From Candidatus Bathyarchaeia archaeon (GTDB lineage Archaea; Thermoproteota; Bathyarchaeia; 40CM-2-53-6): a stretch of DNA of 64,000 bases. A program made the position numbers and the translations under genes. Positions 58,916 through 64,000 of this stretch are shown in pieces. The DNA is taken from the NCBI GenBank assembly GCA_049513715.1, contig JBEKVV010000006.1, positions 1 to 64,000 of the forward strand. Reading direction: 5' to 3'. Numbering within the stretch: position 1 is the stretch's first letter; the number at the start of each line of letters is the position of its first letter. The notes beneath the pieces were generated by a model. It searched no databases, was not told where the DNA came from, and saw only the letters and a list, made by a program, of their open reading frames with translations.

Positions 58916-60067
58916 TTGCGAGTCGGCATTGTAGGTGTAGGACAGACACCTTTCGGAAAACTTTCGGATTCTTCAAGTCGTGAACTGGTGGCCGACGCTT
59001 TCAGGGAGGCTTTGTCAGACGCAGGCCTAGCTAGGAAGGATATTTCCACACTCATAGTATGCTCAGGATCGCAGTACGATAGGCAACGTTCCCCCGCGGG
59101 TATTATGGCGGAGTACGTTGGCCTGAACCCAACCCCGACGCTCCATGTGGAAGCAGCTTGTGCTTCCTCGGGCGTGGGGGTCAGAGTCGGTTGGTCGATG
59201 ATACAGGCTGGTTTGCATGATACCGTCGCTGTTGTCGGCTTTCAGAAGATGACTGAGCTTGACGCAGCTGAGATTCAAGACGTGATGAGTCGGTCGGGCG
59301 ATGTTATGTGGGAATCCCCTTTCGGCCCCACCATGCCCGCATATTACGCTATGCACGCGAGGGCTCACATGAAACGGTATGGAACAACGGAGGAGCAATT
59401 CGCCCTCGTCTCGGTGAAGAACCATAAGTATGGTGCCACGAACCCGCTGGCGATGTTCAAGAAAGAGATCACAGTGGAAGATGTGCTAAAGTCTCGGGTT
59501 GTGGCGAGCCCACTGAAGCTTCTTGATTGTTGCGCGAACGCCGATGGTGCAGCTTGCGTGATAATGGCAGGAGAGAAGTTTGCCAGAAAGACGACTGATA
59601 ACCCGGTTTGGATTGCGGGCCTAGGATTGGCGTCCAGCCCCATGTCCCTCACAGGCCGTAGCGAGTTTGCGAGCTTCGAATGCAGCGTCCACGCCGTGAA
59701 ACAGGCCTACAAGATGGCCAAAGTGACGGCCCGCGACTTGGATGTGGCTGAGGTTCATGACAGTTTCACCTCTGCCGAGATAATCGATTATGAAGACTTG
59801 GGTTTCTGCAGAAAGGGGATGGGAGGGAAACTAATCCAGGATGAACAAACATCCATTGGAGGAAGAATTCCCGTAAACGTTGATGGGGGGTTACTGGCTA
59901 AAGGCCACCCTGTTGGCGCAACAGGCGCGTCCCACATAATCTCAATTGTGAAGCAACTTAGGAATCAAGCGGGCCCCAACCAAGTTCCGAAGGCGAACGT
60001 CGGCTTGGCACACAACATTGGCGGAATCGGAATGTACGCCGTCTGTACAGTGCTTCGGGCAACTTGA
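58916..60067 (+). CDS. Archaeal/SCP-x-type thiolase
   Basis: EAACASS, AEVHD, KGHPVGATG, HNIGG. Confidence 0.92.
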   Translation: MRVGIVGVGQTPFGKLSDSSSRELVADAFREALSDAGLARKDISTLIVCSGSQYDRQRSPAGIMAEYVGLNPTPTLHVEAACASSGVGVRVGWSMIQAGLHDTVAVVGFQKMTELDAAEIQDVMSRSGDVMWESPFGPTMPAYYAMHARAHMKRYGTTEEQFALVSVKNHKYGATNPLAMFKKEITVEDVLKSRVVASPLKLLDCCANADGAACVIMAGEKFARKTTDNPVWIAGLGLASSPMSLTGRSEFASFECSVHAVKQAYKMAKVTARDLDVAEVHDSFTSAEIIDYEDLGFCRKGMGGKLIQDEQTSIGGRIPVNVDGGLLAKGHPVGATGASHIISIVKQLRNQAGPNQVPKANVGLAHNIGGIGMYAVCTVLRAT

Positions 60068-60095
60068 TTTTGACCAGATGGGAGGTTGTTAGAGT

Positions 60096-60524
60096 ATGGG
60101 GTTCGAGAAGTTTGGGTTCATATCTTTCTCCAGCCAAACCAAGGTAGCAAAATTCGTCGACTATTTACAGGATGGAAAAATCTACGGCACCAAATGCAAG
60201 GAGTGCGGTCGTCTTCAATTTCCTCCAAGGGCACATTGCAATCGGTGCTTATCGAGCAAGTATGAATGGGAAGAACTGTCAGGCGACTGCACTCTCATAA
60301 CATTCACGAAAGTCGAGGCCTCACCAGCCGCATTCAAGGAACAGTCGCCGTACGTGATTGGCCTTGCAGAATTTGTTGAGGGCCCAAAGGTTTTCGCATG
60401 GATGGACAAATCGATATCCGAAGGTGAAGTCACAATTGGAATGAAATTGAAGCTGAAATCCTCGAAGCTTCCAAATGGAAACCTGTCGTACACTCTTTTC
60501 AGAACCGAAACAGAGCACGATTGA
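60096..60524 (+). CDS. DUF35 zinc-ribbon/OB-fold protein
   Basis: CKECG..FPPR..C..C; directly after the thiolase. Confidence 0.9.
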   Translation: MGFEKFGFISFSSQTKVAKFVDYLQDGKIYGTKCKECGRLQFPPRAHCNRCLSSKYEWEELSGDCTLITFTKVEASPAAFKEQSPYVIGLAEFVEGPKVFAWMDKSISEGEVTIGMKLKLKSSKLPNGNLSYTLFRTETEHD

Positions 60525-60586
60525 TGGGTTGTACTGAATTCGAGGAGCGTGAACCCTAGCGCAGACGAGCCTATGAAGTTTAGAAC

Positions 60587-60685
60587 TCAAACCGGGTGAC
60601 TGTGTGGTCGCCCGTTACGGCAGCAAGCTGGCAAATACTCGTCGTCTATTTGTTCTTCGCTTGCTTGCGGTTTTTTCTCTGTCAC
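60587..60685 (-). CDS. Candidate 32-aa peptide with CC/HxH metal-binding-like tail
   Basis: GTG start after GAGAGGG; MTEKKPQASEEQIDDEYLPACCRNGRPHSHPV. Confidence 0.4.
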   Translation of the reverse strand: MTEKKPQASEEQIDDEYLPACCRNGRPHSHPV

Positions 60686-60830
60686 GAAGCCCTCTCAACC
60701 ATACTACGGCATCGCTTAAATGATTTTTCAAACAGAAAATTCCGCTAACAAGAAACTCGACGTTCAAATCAGGTGGCTCAGCCCAAGCTATCCAGAACTT
60801 AGGTCATGCATGCCGCAAGACGTCGATCAA

Positions 60831-61115
60831 TTACGCGTCATTACTGAGGTATAGCGTGAGTTGGCCTTTCTTTTGGAACCAGTCAGTGACTTGGTATCCC
60901 CCATCGTCCAGTTTTGCGGATGTGAGTAAGCTCAAAAGCCCCTGTAAAATTGGTGAATCGTATTTTGTACCCGATAGATACCAGAACCCATTCAAACCTA
61001 ACAGAAGTATTTCAGAAACGGTCAATCTTCCTACGAACAACAGCTTCTTTCTGTACCGTCTAATGAAATGCAGGTACTGTCTAGTTCTGATTCGCTCGTA
61101 AATCAGGACTGGCAC
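60831..61115 (-). CDS. Hypothetical protein (start uncertain)
   Basis: ORF fills the gap; frame open ~20 codons further upstream. Confidence 0.35.
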   Translation of the reverse strand: MPVLIYERIRTRQYLHFIRRYRKKLLFVGRLTVSEILLLGLNGFWYLSGTKYDSPILQGLLSLLTSAKLDDGGYQVTDWFQKKGQLTLYLSNDA

Positions 61116-61311
61116 GCGTCTTTTGAGTTGGACGAGCTGTTCTAGGCTGGCCGAGGTTCTCGCCTCGATTAGCGCAAAACATCAGTTTCCATACGGCATA
61201 TATATGAAATATACAGCCGCCCGAAACTCAGCCTAACCTGTGCAGTTTGATGGGGTAGTTCACGGAGCAAGGAACATTTAGGTCTCCATCATCTAATGAG
61301 GCTCGCGTCTC

Positions 61312-62097
61312 ATGGGGCAGGAGTTCACACTGCGGCTATCAGGCAAAGTTGCCATCATCACAGGGTCGACCGGAGGAATAGGCCATGCTGCCGCGTTGGA
61401 ATTGGCGAAGGAAGGTGCGAATATTGTTCTCCAATACAGGTCGAAGAAAGTTGAAGCGGATAATCTAGCGGGGAGGATTGCCGCCCTAGGCCGCAGAGCA
61501 ATACTTGCGCAAGTCGATTTTACAAACGTGAGAACAGCTCCGAATGAAGTTGAGCAGATGGTTAATGGAACCATAGATCAGCTCGGCAGAATCGATGCAC
61601 TAGTAAACCTAGCCGGCTACCCCGCAAAGGGTGAGTGGAACAAACGCTTCATGGATCTATCGCCTGAGGATTTCTTCAAACCCATCAATGTTGACCTCTT
61701 CGGTTCTTACCTCTGCGCCCGAGCAGCAGCCCCTTACTTCCTGAAACAGAAGAGCGGGGTTATAGTGAATGTGAGTTCGACACCCGCGCTCAGCGGTCAC
61801 GATAGAGGTTTTGCGTTTACTGTTGCGAAGGCAGGGGTGATTGGGTTAACGAAAGCCCTCGCCTTTGAACTCGCCCCTCACGTGCGCGTGAACACTCTGG
61901 CTCTGGGAAATGTGGAGACCACATGGGTCAGCGAGCTGAGCAGTGAAGAGCTGAGCAAGCAGCGTCAGGATAACCTCATCAGAAGGTTTGGGTCCCCAGA
62001 AGAGATTGCTAAGAGTATTGTATTTCTTTGCTCCAACGAATCCTCGTTTCTAAATGGGCAGACGATAGTCCTCGATGGTGGGAGCACACTTCACTAA
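61312..62097 (+). CDS. SDR family oxidoreductase (FabG-like)
   Basis: TGSTGGIG, NLAG, NVSS, VRVN, GQTIVLDGG. Confidence 0.92.
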   Translation: MGQEFTLRLSGKVAIITGSTGGIGHAAALELAKEGANIVLQYRSKKVEADNLAGRIAALGRRAILAQVDFTNVRTAPNEVEQMVNGTIDQLGRIDALVNLAGYPAKGEWNKRFMDLSPEDFFKPINVDLFGSYLCARAAAPYFLKQKSGVIVNVSSTPALSGHDRGFAFTVAKAGVIGLTKALAFELAPHVRVNTLALGNVETTWVSELSSEELSKQRQDNLIRRFGSPEEIAKSIVFLCSNESSFLNGQTIVLDGGSTLH

Positions 62098-62131
62098 CGT
62101 GGTACGAAACTGCGAGTGGAGCTGGGATTGA

Positions 62132-63013
62132 ATGAATCACGCAGTAGAGGATGACAAGACCCGTTTCGGGTTATTGGCTGTCATCCTAATTCTCATCGCA
62201 GTCTTCGCGGTTTTCCGGTTCGCATTGTACACTCTGGAGAGTGTGTACGGCATCTCAGTGCCCTTCCCGCAAGTCACGATTGCTCTAACGTGGGCAGTGT
62301 TGGGGCTCGTCGGAGCGTATGTGGTTGGCCGTACGATTCAGACCACGACAGCACCGCTCATCGGAGCCCGAGGCGCGTCCACGGCCCGCAAGGTGGTCAC
62401 CGTGACACTGATCTTTGCAGTCTTGATTGTAACCCTGGTGAACCTGCGCGTCGACGTTTCGGGATATTTGGTGAGCCTCGGAATCAGTGCCGTTGTGATT
62501 GGGTTTGCTGCGCAGGCTACCATTGGGAACTTGATCTCGGGAGTTTTGGTGTTGATTAGCAAGCCTTTCCGGAAGGGTGACTACATCAAGGTCAACATGC
62601 CCGGAGCCCCCATAGAGGGAACGATTGACGAGATATCGTTCCTGCGAAGCCGGATTTTCACTAATGATGGGGTTTCAATTTCCGTCCCAAACACAGTCAT
62701 GCTCGCCGTTCCGATTAGCAATTTCACGGTCTTCGAGCACCGCCCCCTTGTCCTCAACATATCACTCGAACGCAATGTCTCCGTAGATGATTTCAAGAGC
62801 AAAATTGAGTCGGCAATGCTCGCGAATGGGGAAAATATGCACGAGGTTCGCCTGTACGTGAAGGGTCTAGATCAAGATTCAACGAACATGGAACTCTGGG
62901 TTCATGTTGCAACCCAAAGTTTTCTCAAAGAACGAAGTCTCATCGTACAGAGCATCAAGAAAATCTGCGAAAAAGAAAACATACCCTTAAAGAAAATCGA
63001 ACTCCAAAGCTAA
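62132..63013 (+). CDS. mscS: Small-conductance mechanosensitive channel family protein
   Basis: IGFAAQATIGNLISG, KPFRKGD, SVPN. Confidence 0.92.
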   Translation: MNHAVEDDKTRFGLLAVILILIAVFAVFRFALYTLESVYGISVPFPQVTIALTWAVLGLVGAYVVGRTIQTTTAPLIGARGASTARKVVTVTLIFAVLIVTLVNLRVDVSGYLVSLGISAVVIGFAAQATIGNLISGVLVLISKPFRKGDYIKVNMPGAPIEGTIDEISFLRSRIFTNDGVSISVPNTVMLAVPISNFTVFEHRPLVLNISLERNVSVDDFKSKIESAMLANGENMHEVRLYVKGLDQDSTNMELWVHVATQSFLKERSLIVQSIKKICEKENIPLKKIELQS

Positions 63014-63286
63014 CCAACAGAAACCAAGCAGCACCCAGCCTTCAGAACTTTACGCTGGGAGCTATATTGTTCCAGTTGTCCTTTATTGTGGTCGACGCAA
63101 ATGCGCTCGCAGTCTACGTCCTCGGCGCTGCAGGGCTCCTTCAATCACTAATGAATTGGGCAGACTGGGCATTCTTCTAATTGCAGCCGACTAGAGGCCA
63201 GTTTTCGTATTCCACATTCACGAGGTGGAATACAAGAACTCAAGACCTGCAAGCGGATGGTCGAGGAAAACGGCTCCTCTATTTAT

Positions 63287-63424
63287 CGCACCCACACTAA
63301 ATTGAACTAACGACCGGTTAGAATTCTCTTGTCCGCACCATTGATCTCACACGCACAAGAAACTACTAGAATCATGGTTCAATTTCTGCCGGTCGCACCA
63401 GCTATACTGCACACACGAAAACGT
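63287..63424 (+). repeat. Family A, ~2.3 degenerate tandem units
   Basis: CGCACCA at 63334 and 63394 (60 bp apart); CACACGCACAAGAAACTACTAGAATCATGGTTCAATTT; GCACACACGAAAACG. Confidence 0.75.
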
Positions 63425-63428
63425 ATAA

Positions 63429-64000
63429 TCAATTGACCCTGTCCGAGATAGGCTCGCCCTTCAGAAATCGCTTTACATTTTCCGCGGCATGAATCATGGC
63501 ATTTTGCAGGGAGCCTGGCACTATGGCCGAGTTATGTGGTGAACCAAGAAAATTCGGTAGATCGAAAAACGGGTAGTTTACGTGAAAGTCTCCCGTGGTG
63601 TACGGCTCATGCCACCAAGCGTCCAGCGCCGCAGAGAACCGGGGATGAGTCTTGAGGTGCTCGAATAGCGCCTTTTCTTGAATAATCGCACCGCGAGACA
63701 CATTCACCAGTATGGCGTCTTCCCTCATCCATCCCAGTTCTCTGACTCCTAGAAGCCCATTAGTTGAGCTGGTCAAAGGAAGGGCGATGAGGACGATATC
63801 GGCCACCCGCAACACTCGCTCAAGGTCTTTGAGGGTTCCAACGAATTCCACGGGTTCACTTGTGTTACCGGTCGTGTTGATCGCAAATATCTTGACGTCG
63901 AAGCATCGCAAGAGTCGGCCTGTAGCTTTCCCAATTCCACCAAAGCCCAAGATTGCGCAAGTAGAGCCGTGAAGCATACGATTCATGTTGTGTTGGTCGA
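63429..64000 (-). CDS. D-2-hydroxyacid dehydrogenase, C-terminal part (5' end beyond window)
   Basis: GFGGIG, NVSRG, LDAWW.EP, SPHNS. Confidence 0.9.
   Translation of the reverse strand, partial: DQHNMNRMLHGSTCAILGFGGIGKATGRLLRCFDVKIFAINTTGNTSEPVEFVGTLKDLERVLRVADIVLIALPLTSSTNGLLGVRELGWMREDAILVNVSRGAIIQEKALFEHLKTHPRFSAALDAWWHEPYTTGDFHVNYPFFDLPNFLGSPHNSAIVPGSLQNAMIHAAENVKRFLKGEPISDRVN

Noticed and set aside
63014..63240. Cys-rich reading frame remnant on the minus strand (ECPVCPIH**LKEPC...)
   Set aside because: Interrupted by consecutive stops, with no recognisable family; too weak to call.
1..64000. Genome-wide stop codon reassignment (TAG or TAA)
   Set aside because: Many genes end at TAG (e.g. 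5150, 13119, 29267, 38424) or TAA (e.g. 8125, 50816, 62097) at family-typical C-termini, so any readthrough would be local.

Overview
Archaeal chromosomal segment. Transcription factor S, a thiolase/DUF35 pair, a CFI-box-CTERM surface protein, F420-linked enzymes and many TTG starts suggest a Bathyarchaeia/Nitrososphaerota-like lineage (inference). It opens with a TnpB/Cas12f-like RuvC nuclease gene that the ORF track missed (653..<1, minus). A patchy accessory zone follows (about 0.7-9.6 kb) of small genes separated by recurring non-coding motifs. The remainder is dense metabolic and transport genes: a P-type ATPase, a purine-catabolism-like cluster, and a ~23 kb amine/amino-acid catabolic region with three class III aminotransferases, two saccharopine-dehydrogenase-like genes (one interrupted), a peptide ABC system, MMSDH, an APC permease and an NTase-like/metallophosphoesterase pair. 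The strongest unexplained signals are two dispersed intergenic repeat families. Family A is modular, with hairpins showing a compensatory change and a ~60-bp period; it occurs at 7 loci and twice brackets a single gene in inverted orientation. Family B is a ~45-bp motif in 5 copies, two of which end in a tRNA-Leu-like 3' end. No intact rRNA, tRNA or CRISPR array was seen. All annotation is by eye from motifs; no searches were run.
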